A DNA stretch of 64,000 nucleotides from the human T2T-CHM13v2.0 reference genome, Homo sapiens. This document shows positions 50,879 to 64,000 of this stretch, in pieces. Every line of letters starts with the position of its first letter. The first letter of the stretch is position 1. Where the stretch lies: the NCBI RefSeq assembly GCF_009914755.1, contig NC_060940.1; one strand, written 5' to 3'. The notes beneath the pieces are model-generated. The model ran no database searches and was not told where the DNA came from. It saw nothing but the letters and a program-made list of their open reading frames with translations. The position numbers were made by a program, and so were the translations under genes.

Positions 50879-52388
50879 AATAACGATAATAATACCACAG
50901 CTCAGTCTTTGGCTTCCCAAGCTCTCCTTGTAAAAAGTCATCTCCTCTATTGCTGCATAGACTTCCCTGGTTCCTTCCTATTTCTCTCCCACATTTGTCA
51001 GTGAGTTACCGAGCAGGCAGCAGATGCTCAACATATATTCACTGGCTAAATGGATGAATGCACGACAGCCTGTGAGAACAGCAGTAACTCCTGAGTCCCT
51101 CTTTGCAAACTTTGGGGTTGTTAACTTAGTTTGGGTTCCCAGAAGCAAACCTTGAGCTGAGGCTTTGAGGGCGGGTAGTCTATTTGAGAGGTGCAAGAAA
51201 CATAGGAAAGAGATGGGTAAATGATCCAGGGAAAGGAAGAGAGCTGATACAGTGTCGGTTATTAAGCCAGCTACCACATGGCCAATTGGAAAATCCCTCT
51301 GGAAAACTCCGGGAAACAGCTCTGAATCATCCCAGCCAAGGACGAGAAATCTGGGGTATTTATATCCCCATCCCCATTTGCTGTTATTAGCCATTGTCCC
51401 AGGGGATATTAAATCCTAGGCACTCATGGGCCACCATGCTCATGTGCTGTGTGGGTTCTGATAGCTCAGGGACAGCCCTCCAGCAAAGACACAGGTGTGG
51501 CTGTTGGAAGTCAGGTTGGCCTTCACAGAGATGGCTGGGATCTGTGAGGACAGTCGGCTTCAGTCCTAGATGTAGATTATTTACCCAAAGCTGTTGTCCC
51601 ACTAAATTTGGGGCTTTTTTCTGGATGTGTCTACAGACACTGCACAGACTCTGCTGTGATCAACCCCACCAGCCCACAGCACTATTTCATCATGCTTGTG
51701 CAGCCCGATAACTTCCCTTGGTGTCACTCAGGTGAGCTGCAGGTGGACGTCTGCTCCCAACAGGCAATTCGATTCTCCCTCTAGGAAGTAGAAGTGGGAG
51801 ATGGTGAGGCACAGCCTGAGCTGGGCTCTGGGACAGAGGAGAGGTGACCCCCCAAGCTGACGGGATGGCCATGTCCACAGGGAATAGGCGAGGCCTGGCT
51901 GCAGAGGGAGACGGGAATCATGTCCAGAGAAGGAGGAAATAGATGGAAAGCACTGCCAGAGGGCCTGGTGCCTTTCCAGGATTCACTCTAGTTGTCTGAG
52001 AGTCTTACTTGCCTTGGGTTCCCAAATAACTCAGTATCCTCCCAAGCAGTTCCCTTCTCTGCTTCAGCTAACTTGAGTGGATTTCTGTTACTTGCAACTC
52101 CAATTGATTAAGACCTCGCCCCCAGAGCTCCCCACTGTAGGGTCTCCACTGCCCCCAGAGAGTGGCCTGCCGGTGTAAGATGTACAAGGTGTCACCCTTG
52201 CCCCCTCCTCTCCAACAAGGCAGACAAGTGGGTCCCATGGAGAGCCTTGGAAGATCATGATTGGCACCTGTTAATACAGAGGTGGCACCATTTTTCCAAG
52301 TCTTCTGGAAAAGAGTTAGAAAAATGGCACCACATCACACATCACAAAATGGCACCCCTATGTCTCCTCGCCTCAAATTGTTAGTGGG

Positions 52389-52623
52389 TTTTTGTTTGTT
52401 TGTTTGTTTTGTTTTTCCTGTGAGACAGGGTCTGGCTTTGTTGCCCAGGCTGGAGTACAGAGTGCAGTGGTGCAATCACAGCTCACTGCAGCCTTGACCT
52501 CCTGAGCTCAAGCCGTCCTCCCACCTCAGCCTGCCGAGTAGCTGGGACGACAGGCACGCGCCACCATGCCTGGCTGATTTTTCTATTTTTTGTAGAGACG
52601 GGGTTTTGCCATGTTGCCCAGGC
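52389..52623 (-). mobile_element. 5'-truncated AluJ, antisense
   Basis: Reverse Alu; TTGTTAGTGG on both flanks (TSD). Confidence 0.85.
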
Positions 52624-54139
52624 TTGTTAGTGGTCTTTGATGCCAAATTGAGGGCTGGTGACATTCTGCAGCTGCTGAATGGGTGTGGCAGGAACAAATG
52701 AAAAGCTGGGACTCCCCGGCCTTTGCTCTTGATGTCCAGTTCATAGAGCCTCCAATAAAAATAAATGATGAATAAGAAATTGGTGTGAGGACAGGAGCCC
52801 TACAGCAATCACATCGAGAGGAAAGAACGACCTTGATCTTTACATCACGTAATTAAACATTTATGACCGCCGGCCCCAGCCACCGTTCTGCAGACATGCA
52901 TGCGGTCCTTCTGTCGGCCCATCTTGGTCCCAAGAGAGAGTGGGCAGAGGGCTGGGCTCTCCAGGGTGGCCCCACCAGGCTTTCCTGTTCGTTTTTCCAG
53001 GTTGGGCTTCATTGTGACCAGAAGGATGACTTTTTTCCTTTGTCTCAAACTGTCCATGACTTAACTCCCTGCCTGGGTAGCAAATAGGAGCCTTTCCTGG
53101 GATGTCCAAGGGTATCAGTGACCAGTCCCTTCCCAGGGGGCACTTGGGACGGGACTGGCCATCTTGCCCCTTTCCTTGGTACAAGTTGGTGCTCTCCCAT
53201 CTGGGACTTCCCAGGGGTCCCCCTTGCCCATGAAACACCATTTTTTTTTTTTCAAATTCAAATGTTATTTTTTGGAAATTAGATTCTGAGATTGCAACAT
53301 GATGGAAAAGTTGATCACCACTAAACTCCTCTCTCTCTCTTTGCTTTACTGGCTCTAATAATAACGGTATTAACTAATACTTTCTGTGTGTCAGGCCACG
53401 TATTACTTCCCATCTATTAACCATTTGTGCCCACAGAGAGAGACAGAGATGCCATTATTACCACATTCATTTCACAGATGGGGCATGGAACGCAGCGACA
53501 TTAAGTGACTTGCTCAAGGCCAACAACTTGGAAGTGGAGGAGCTGGGATTTGAACTGAGCCTGATGCCGGATGATGACACAAACCAGCAAGCTAAGGATT
53601 CAGTCTGCCCCGTGGGTGAGACTGCCCGGACAGCAATCGTGGCTTGCAGAGCAGTGGTCTCTGGTTGCAGCTCTGCCAATGGGGTCCTTGGAGCGTCTGG
53701 GCTGGGCTGGGTCTCCCCAAAGCCAACTTGGGCCGGTGAGGAGCCTACAGGGTTGCCATACAAAGGATCTGTAAGGAGATGAGGGTTGGATTAGCAAAGT
53801 GGCAAACATTTCACTATTGACAACTGCCAACCCCCGTTCCACCTGCTGGGCCTATGTAGAGGCTGATTCCGTGTAGCTTTCCTTCCTCTTTGCTGGAGTG
53901 GGGATGGAGTAGGGACCCAGTTCATTCCATTCCCCTGCACCCAAGGTTTCATGGTCACAGGCAATGGCAGCCACGTGGGTGAGAGTGTGAATTCAAATCC
54001 TGGCTCTTCTATTCAGAGGCTGTGTGGCCTCAGGGAAGTGACTTACACTCTCTGTGCTCAGTTCCATCATTGAAAAAATGAGGCTAATAACAGGACCAGC
54101 CTGGAGGGTTGTTGGGGGTGGCAGGATTTGGCAGTATAA

Positions 54140-55015
<876 letters not shown>

Positions 55016-55639
55016 AGTCTGCATTATTCTGTATCTGCATTTGAGCCGCACCAAAATCTTAGGCAAGCCTTCCCTGTTTGAGTCCACGTCACGCAGGCAG
55101 CCTTCCATAGTCCTTGTTCCACCCATTCCCCATCCTTGTTTCTCCCACGTGCCCTAGCTCGTGGGGGCCCCAGACTCTGAGATCCCGGAGGTGTCTTGTT
55201 TGTGCCTGCTGTATAGCACAGGGCCCGGCACAGAGCGACTCGATGGGTATTTGGGGAATGAGTTAATGCTGGAGGAGCTAATTCCGGTGTCTTGGTGCGG
55301 AGATGAGCAGTGCGGACAGGCCCCCTCCTGCCCTTGGGCCCCAGCACCTTACCGCGCAGTGCCTGCATACCCGTCCACATTTTGTGACTGAGGCGGGAGC
55401 ACGGGGGAGTCCCTTAGCTCTTAAGGAACGTGGATTTACCTGTTTCAAAGGTGATTTCGTCTGGCTCTAAATTGATTTCCGTATGTACCTGCACAGGTTA
55501 AAAATGCTAAATGCCTCCGGGCAAAAGAGATATGAACATGCTGCACTGCTCCTAGCTACGGGACTTGGGGCACGCTCTTCTCCAAGCCTCAGCTACTGGA
55601 TCTGTGAAATGAGGTGATTTCCACCTCCCTGGATTCCTG

Positions 55640-56420
55640 GGAACGCGTCCTAGGGTCGTTGAAGGTAAAGTGCGGAGCCTGGATCCCCGCGCTAGCGGCC
55701 CCATCCGGAAACAAGTCTCCCTTTCTTCGTCTGCAAATTGGGAAGAGGGGGCCTAAGTTTTCTGAGCACGTGTAGAGGGTGGGAGTCACCTCAGTAACTG
55801 TGTACTCTGCACCGCGCCACAGTTCACAGCGCCCAGCCCTTGCGGATTTCATTTGCTAAAATCCTGGGAGGTCGCCTCCTTATTCCTATTTTCCAGTTGA
55901 GCTGCAGAGAGCTGGGGTTTGGTAAATTTGCAAGCCCCTTGTGGGAAGCGCTTGGCACCGCGCCAGGCGCATAGTAAGCGCTCAATGAAAACTATGCTTG
56001 TGTGGCCAGTGGCGACGGAGCTGAGCGTCTCCTTGTCCCTAGCCGGCCCTGGAGGCCAGCGGCCCCGCCTTCCTCGCCCACCCGGCGCCCGCGCCTCAGC
56101 TGCCCCCCGCCTCCTTCAGCCCGCTGAGCCTGCGGGGCGGGGCCGGGGGCGGGGCCGGTGATGCTCGGTCCTACCAGCGCCGCCAGCGATCTGGGGGCGT
56201 GGCCTCCGGGCTCCGGGGAGCCTACAAGAGGCGGTGCGCTGAGCCCCGGCACCCACTCGCATCCCAGGGCGTCTCCGGCTGCTCCCATTGAGCTGTCTGC
56301 TCGCTGTGCCCGCTGTGCCTGCTGTGCCCGCGCTGTCGCCGCTGCTACCGCGTCTGCTGGACGCGGGAGACGCCAGCGAGCTGGTGATTGGAGCCCTGCG
56401 GAGGTAAGTGTGATTTCCAT
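55640..56420 (+). promoter_or_regulatory. CRISPLD2: CRISPLD2 CpG-island promoter with tandem GC boxes
   Basis: High CpG density; GGGGCGGGGCC at 56134-56144 and 56146-56156; TACAAGA at ~56223, about 30 bp upstream of Inr-like CCACTC. Confidence 0.85.
56255..56403 (+). other. CRISPLD2: CRISPLD2 non-coding exon 1 (5' UTR); TSS approximate
   Basis: Consensus donor GAG|GTAAGT at 56404; no ATG; matches my recollection of the CRISPLD2 mRNA 5' end (...GGTGATTGGAGCCCTGCGGAG); expected neighbour of USP10. Confidence 0.85.
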
Positions 56421-59122
56421 GCTTCTCCCTTTTGCAAACTGTTACCCCCCCGAGAAGCTGGAATAACTAGGACAGATGCCACCTCGCAGGGCTGACTGTG
56501 TGCTGGCACCACACCGAGTGCTCTGCTTGCATAGCGGAACACAGCTTTGCGACATGCCCTTTTGCAGATGGAGAAACTGAGGCTCAGCGAGGACAACTCA
56601 TTTGTCCAGGACCTCGCAGCCAGGACTCCAAGGACCCAGGATTCAACGCCGATCTGAGCGCAGAATCCTGCTCCTTAGAGGCTGTTTACTCTCTTGCCTT
56701 CCTCGTGCAGTTCACTAGCATTTGTTGCATTCCTGTGTTCGTAGTGGGTGTCAATAACTGGAAAGCTGATGGCATGGATATGGCAGGCATTAGAATGTGT
56801 CCTACTCATGTCTGGAGGACCAGGGTGATCTAGTGGCATGTGCATTCAGCTGCAGTTTAGAGGGCCACGCCCCTCTGTGATTTCATTTGCAAGGTAGCCT
56901 TCTTCCCATATTTCAGATGAAGATGCTGAGGGTCAGAGAGGTGAAGTAAGTTGTCCGGGCAGAGCCAGGGCTGGAACCCAGCTCTGTCTGTCTCCAGAGC
57001 TTCAAATGGATGTGTAGAGACTTGGGGCCATGTCAGGGTTCTGCAGTCTGGGGGAACACGTTTCTGGGTTTCTTTAGCCAGAGCGGGCACCTGCATAACT
57101 CCTGCGTGGGGAGAGTTACCCTGGAAGCGGAGGGCTCACTCTGGAGTGTGGGGGAGATCGGTCGTCCCACGTGGACAGAGCCAGGGCTAGTCCCTCATGT
57201 GCTGCAGACCCAGAGCCTCCCTTGCTAAGGCTGGGCTGGTGGACAAGCCAGGGAGGACTTCGCTGATGCCTGCTCATCGCAGTCCAACTTGAATTGGGCG
57301 TCTCTCAGCCAAAATGTGAGTTGCTGCCCTGGCTGAGAGAAGCATCCCGTGCAAATGCCTAGCTTGCCTTGCAACCGAGAGTGGGGTTGTGAGTTTCCCC
57401 TTTGGGTCTTTGGACCTCTTGCCCTGGTAGAATGGGGTGAGCCTGCTTTCCCCATCCAGGGTCTGATGTCTGACAGTGAGGAGAGCCTGCAGAACAGGAC
57501 CGGGGCGTGGTCCTTTCCAGTAGACTGAGGCCATGAGTTGTGACTGTCGGCTGTCCCAGGGCTCCTTGGGTTGTATGCACCTGATTTTCTGCTTCTGCCC
57601 CTGATCTGGCTGTTCCCACTCAGGAGAAGGGGTGGGTGTGTGACTGTGTTGCCTGTGCGGCAGGCACGCGGTCTGTGCCACGCAGTTTACCTGTATTGTC
57701 ATCGCTGCAACACCCCGGGGAGTAGGCCTCTTGATGCCCACTTCACAGCTGAGGAAACTGAGGCTCAGCAAGGTGAAGTGCTTGCCTAAGATCCCCCAGC
57801 TGGTATGGAATGCTGTCACCCCCAGGTGGGTCCTATCTGCACTCTTGACCCTGCTTTCTTTAAGACACTTCTCTGCCCACTGCCAACTCCACCCATGAAC
57901 CTGACCTTCACACAGGTGATGTTTTGTCTTACAGGGGCTCCAGTTAAAACCACTGGACAATGTACCCAGGGAGGAGAAACCAAGAGGGTGATTTTGATTT
58001 TTTCAGAGTTTCTTAAGATGTGAGAGTAGGAATAGTAATAATGCCATTTGTAATAATACAAGCAGCTGACATTTACATGATGCTTAGTACAGACCAGACA
58101 TGCCCAGGGTTTCCACGGATGAGCTCACTGCCTGCTCTATTAGCTGGGCACTTTTTACAAGGAGTTAGTTGAGGCTCAGAATTATTAAGGTGTGTGCCCA
58201 ACATGACACAGCCAGGGCGGGGTAGAGCTGCCGTCCAGGCTGGGCCCTGCCCCAGATTCTGGGGGAAGGTGCCCATCTAATGACCAGCCACATGACTGTC
58301 CCAGCAGAGCTTGCTGCTAGTTGAGGCTTTCTGTGCCATGTGGGAGTTTTTTTAACGTTGGCAGGGATCTGGGTCCCTGGTCCCTGTTGGGGTGAGGCTG
58401 GGAGGGGATCAACTGACCCTGGGCTTGGGCTCAACATTGCTGACAGGTACTGAGAGCCCCGTCCCAGGACCCAAATCAGTGCTGGTTCTGAGTCCTGCCT
58501 CTGTCCTGGAGAGGAGAGTTGGTTTGACTGGGAAGGCCTGAGCTAGGGAAGAAGACTGCGAGGTCTCTTAAAACCTCTGCACTTCATCCCTCAAAAGACC
58601 ACAAATTAAGTATGTGGCCCTTTGTAGGTTGCATTTGAAAGTTTTTGGAGGCAGGACCCTCTGACGTCTTTGGAGGTCAGAAAGTTTTTGGAGGCAGGGC
58701 ACTGACCTCTTTGGCCTGTGGGAACTGGAACTTTTCTTTCCTCTGTCACCAGCGTCATTTGCTGTGTGTGGGAGGTGTCTGCATGTCTGCCTGCGCCAGA
58801 CTCAGGAGGCTTTTTCTTTCTTTTTCTTTTTTCTTCTTTTGCAAACGCACTGGTTTTTGATCAGTCCCAGATGTGCAAACCCAGGATCACTCAAACGGGC
58901 TGACGGCTTGTCAGGAAAGGAAAATTCAATCTGGGCATATTTCACTTCGTCTTCAGTTCATTGAGTGGAACAGATGCTCAGACCTTCCAGGGACAGGGAC
59001 CTAAAGCACGTTGTAAAGTCTTAAATAGAGCACGCTGAGTTCTGGGACAGGCAAGGGACAGGTAGATCTGGGTGGTGATTAATAGGATGGGCCATGTTCT
59101 GTTTTTCTTTTTCCTGAAAAGA

Positions 59123-59700
59123 TGTATTGTGGTAAAAATACACATAAACATAAAATTTACCATTTAACCCATTTTGAAGTGTACAATTCAGTGGCGTTTA
59201 GTACATTGGAAGTATTGTGCAGCCACCACCACTAATTCCAGAGCGTTTCATCATCTCGTAAGGAAACCCCAGGCCCATTAGGCATCATTCGCCATTCTCC
59301 TCCCTTCAGCCGCTCATCTCCTTTCTGTCTCTACGAACTTGCTTATTCTGGACATTTCATGTAAATGGAACCACACAATGTGTGGCCTTTTGTGTCTGGC
59401 TCCTCTCACTCAGCATCATGTTTTCAAGGTTCATCCATGTTGTAATGTGTATGAGACCTTCGTTCCTTTTTTATGGCTGAGTAATATTCCATTGTATTAA
59501 TAGACCACGTTTTGTTTATTCATTCTTCCACTGAAGGAAATCTGGGCTGTTTCCACCTTTGGCTTTTACAGAGGCTTCTGCTGTGAACATTTGTGTACAA
59601 GGTTTTTTGAGGGCGGATGTTTTCATATCTCTTGAGTGTTTACCTGGGAGGGAATTGCTGGGTCATATGGTAACTTTATGTTTAACTTATTGAGGAGACT
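59123..59700 (-). mobile_element. L1MB-type 3' end, in CRISPLD2 intron 1
   Basis: 'aacataaaatttaccattt.acc.attttgaagtgtacaattcagtggc', 'ctggacatttcatgtaaatggaa'. Confidence 0.88.
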
Positions 59701-60745
59701 GTGGCCTCTTTTTTGAGTTCCTTCTTGAAGCATCAACTCAGGTCATGTCATTCCAGAATGTGTTGCTGGCCTTCTCCATGGGTGCAGGGAAGCCCTGGCA
59801 TTTGGCATTTGTGGGCAGTGTTGGCGTGCCACCTGGGTCACAGCAGCAGCAGGCAGGGAATCCTGAGACATCGCCCTGGGGGAGCCCTGCCTTCTACCCC
59901 AGGCTGTACAATGACGAGTACTCTTGGACAAAGACCCCTCTTGCAAGGCTGCGAGGACATCATGGTCCAGCCCGAGGGAGATTTATCTTTGATTGTCTTG
60001 AGTGCTGCATCAGCTAAGACAAAAACCACAGAGTCAGAGGGAAAAAAAACGTCCTGATGAGGATTGTGCAATTTCCGGACCATCATTTTTTAAAAATTAT
60101 AAATTATGAAATCCCACATTTTCAATCCCAATTTCTGGAACGTGTTTTATTTTGAGCACAGAATGGCAACATCCCAGGAAAAAAAGTCATGCTCCCATTT
60201 TGCTTGTAATCAAGTGAGCTGGAACTGACCCTACCCCAAATATTTTTTGAATAGGGAAAAGACTCAACTGGACCCCTCTAAGGACTGGGAGCTGGCATGG
60301 AGCTGGCATCTTCTGAGACTGACTTGAGAAGAGCCTGATAACACCTAGAGGAAACAGGCAGGGTTTTGCGAGCAGGGGAAGATGATAGTGGGTGGGTGGG
60401 GAGCTGGCGAGGGTGCCCCAGGCAGAGGCACCGTGTGTGTGCAAAGGCCTGCAGGTGGAGAAGGGCCTGGGACTCTTGGAGAATGGCAGGAAGTTTGGTG
60501 TGCCTGTAGTCTACGAGCCAGGCTCAGGGCAGCAAAGGTCTGTCCTGCAGGTGTTGTGATGAGCTGTACCACTTAGTGGGCACCATCAAGATGAACAGAG
60601 AGTAACACGGTGGCACTGAGAACTTGAGAACAGCTCACTCTAGAATGAACTGTGTCCTCCAAAGTGTGCAGAGCCAATACCTAGGGGTCCCCAAGGTGAC
60701 TGAGCACGGGCACAGATCCAGCAGCAAATCCCCCCAGTCCAAGAG

Positions 60746-60787
60746 CTGTTCTTTCCATTCTCTGTTCTTTCCATTCTCTGTTCTTCC
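60746..60787. repeat. 16-bp tandem repeat (CTGTTCTTTCCATTCT) x2.5
   Basis: Directly visible. Confidence 0.85.
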
Positions 60788-61092
60788 GGTCCTTCTGCTT
60801 ATGGCAAGGTGAAAGTCACAGGTGGAATTGTCCCTATCACCTCTCCCACACCCTGATCTCCTTTTACAACAAAGAGCAAGCATCCTCTACAACAAAGCCT
60901 TTGGTTGGTGTCAGTGCCTGGCTGGGAGGAAGTAACTGTTGTTTTTACTGTGTTTAATTTCACTCCTGCCGTCTGTTCACGGCACCAGTGATCAGGTTCT
61001 CTGCCAGTGGGAGTGATAGAAAGTTACCTTTTTAAAGTAAATTTCTTGGAACGCAAAAAACAAGCCAAGTTAAATAAAAATACAAAATATGG

Positions 61093-62238
<1,146 letters not shown>

Positions 62239-63644
62239 GTGGGTTCCTGGCCTGGAAGCACCTGAGGACTCATAGAAATGCAGGTTTTCAGGCTTCCCTG
62301 GAGACCTGGATCAGAAGCTGTGGGGTGGGGCTGGCGGTCTGTTGTAACAAAGCATCCTGTTATCCTAGAAAGCTAAAGAAGGCTTGCCCTGGGGCCCTGG
62401 CACAAAGGTGGGGCATGGAGGGCTGGCTACTGGGGTCAGCGTGGAGCTGTGTGGACGGTTCTGGTTATAGGGCCTGGTGTGACCAGAAAGAAGTCACGAG
62501 TGACCTGGGAGCTGAAAGACCACCTCCCTCCAAAATCAGGAAGGCCCCTTAAGAACAAGTTGTTGGCATATTTGGAAGGCTTTCTTCCAGAAGAACATTC
62601 AGCCCTTTGGCACTTTGTGCTGAAGCTGTGACGCCCTGATGCTCCAGGGCCTGAGTCAGTGTCCTGAGGATGCTGGCACCCTCCTTCAGAGCACGTTTCA
62701 TGCCCCTATGTGCCTGGGAAGAGCCAGCTACGCACATTTACTTATAACCCCTGAAGGGGTGAGCTGTTTCCTCAAGGGCATTGAAGACACCTCTATGATG
62801 TGTATCCATCTTCCCTGCCATCTCTCCCTCCTGCCCCAGGCCTGCTGCCCACACAGCCAGTCCGTTCGCCCCGGGAGGGAAGACACGGTTTATTCCCCGG
62901 GACCTGCGAGGCTGGGGCTGCCCTGGGACTGAGAAGGTATTTTCAGCTGGGCCTTGGCATCGCAGGACAAAGTGCTCTCTCAGACTTGGGATGAACTGGG
63001 CCCTGTCTAGGAGAGTCGTGTGCGGGTCCAAGGGGGAGGCCCCGCCGCCAGCTGGACTTTATCTGGGGCCTGACACATCGCAGTTCACTTTGAAGGCTGC
63101 TGAGCCGGGGCCCCAGGCCTGTTTCAGCTCTGAGACTCCTGAGGGAAAGGCCCCGGGATTTTCTCTTGCATAATGGTGTGCTCTCTCCTTGGACCACTCC
63201 TGCCCTCTTAATCCAGTCTTCAAACAGAGGTCAGAGCAACATCAAATTTTTTTTTTTTATAATTTCTTGTTGATGCTTAACATACCAGGGAAGAGGGCAC
63301 AGCCGTCTCTGTACCGGCAGAGAGATTTTCACAAAGCGCCGTAGCCCCGGTCACAGCAGAGCCTGGCCGGCCCCCAGAAGCCCCCCAGGCCCCTCTCACT
63401 GCCCCCGCACCCCCCAAGGTAGTCATTTCCGGACTTCTAAGGGCACAGGCTGGGTTTGCCTGGTTTGGACTTGACTTAAATGAAACCATGCGTGTTGAAT
63501 CCCCGGAGTCTGGCCCCTTCTGTTGGTTGAGCACCGTGTCTGCGGGGTTTGTCTGTGCTATTGTGTGTTGCAAGGCTTTTGCGACACAAACCAGACCCTG
63601 TCACCGCCCGACTTCCCTCCCTCGAGGGCCCTCTTTGCATTTAG

Positions 63645-64000
<356 letters not shown>

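Noticed and set aside
55992-56466. Overlapping Ala/Gly/Arg/Pro-rich ORFs over the CpG island
   Set aside because: Typical stop-codon depletion of GC-rich promoters; the + strand ORF starts upstream of the likely TSS and runs through the splice donor.
57274-57960. Longest ORF in the track (228 aa, minus strand)
   Set aside because: No recognisable domain; overlaps MIR-like sequence; antisense in CRISPLD2 intron 1; length is compatible with chance in GC-rich DNA.
59701-60057. 118-aa + strand ORF in CRISPLD2 intron 1
   Set aside because: Starts at GTG, and has no signal peptide or similarity to the CAP/LCCL domains; the CRISPLD2 coding exons lie beyond this window.
60746-60787. Three TGTTCT steroid-receptor half-sites at 16-bp spacing
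   Set aside because: Produced by a simple tandem repeat; spacing and orientation do not fit a GRE palindrome.

Overview
Human genomic DNA, recognisable as the USP10-CRISPLD2 interval (16q24.1 from recall). The first ~16.2 kb holds the last five coding exons of USP10 on the + strand, all with GT-AG junctions. They splice into one continuous frame encoding the C-terminal half of the USP catalytic domain, followed by a ~0.84 kb 3' UTR with several poly(A) signals. A ~40 kb repeat-dense intergenic stretch follows, containing Alu, old L1, LTR12F, MLT1/MLT2A LTRs, MER20 and MIR. The CpG-island promoter and non-coding exon 1 of CRISPLD2 lie at ~56.25-56.40 kb, followed by the start of intron 1. I found no evidence of a new gene system, and nearly all listed ORFs are Alu- or GC-derived noise. 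The most notable sequence-level observations are: (i) Alu elements carrying locally templated insertions, two with their donor visible ~1.1 kb away (one inverted, one direct); (ii) a heavily 5'-truncated SVA with a perfect 15-bp TSD just upstream of a USP10 exon; (iii) a 39-bp VNTR carrying CRE half-sites and CCAAT boxes; (iv) a candidate acidic WxxV (LIR-like) motif in USP10; (v) an in-frame cryptic acceptor in the 66-nt exon; (vi) a three-LTR cluster just past the USP10 poly(A) site. Repeat subfamily calls are by eye and their boundaries are approximate.
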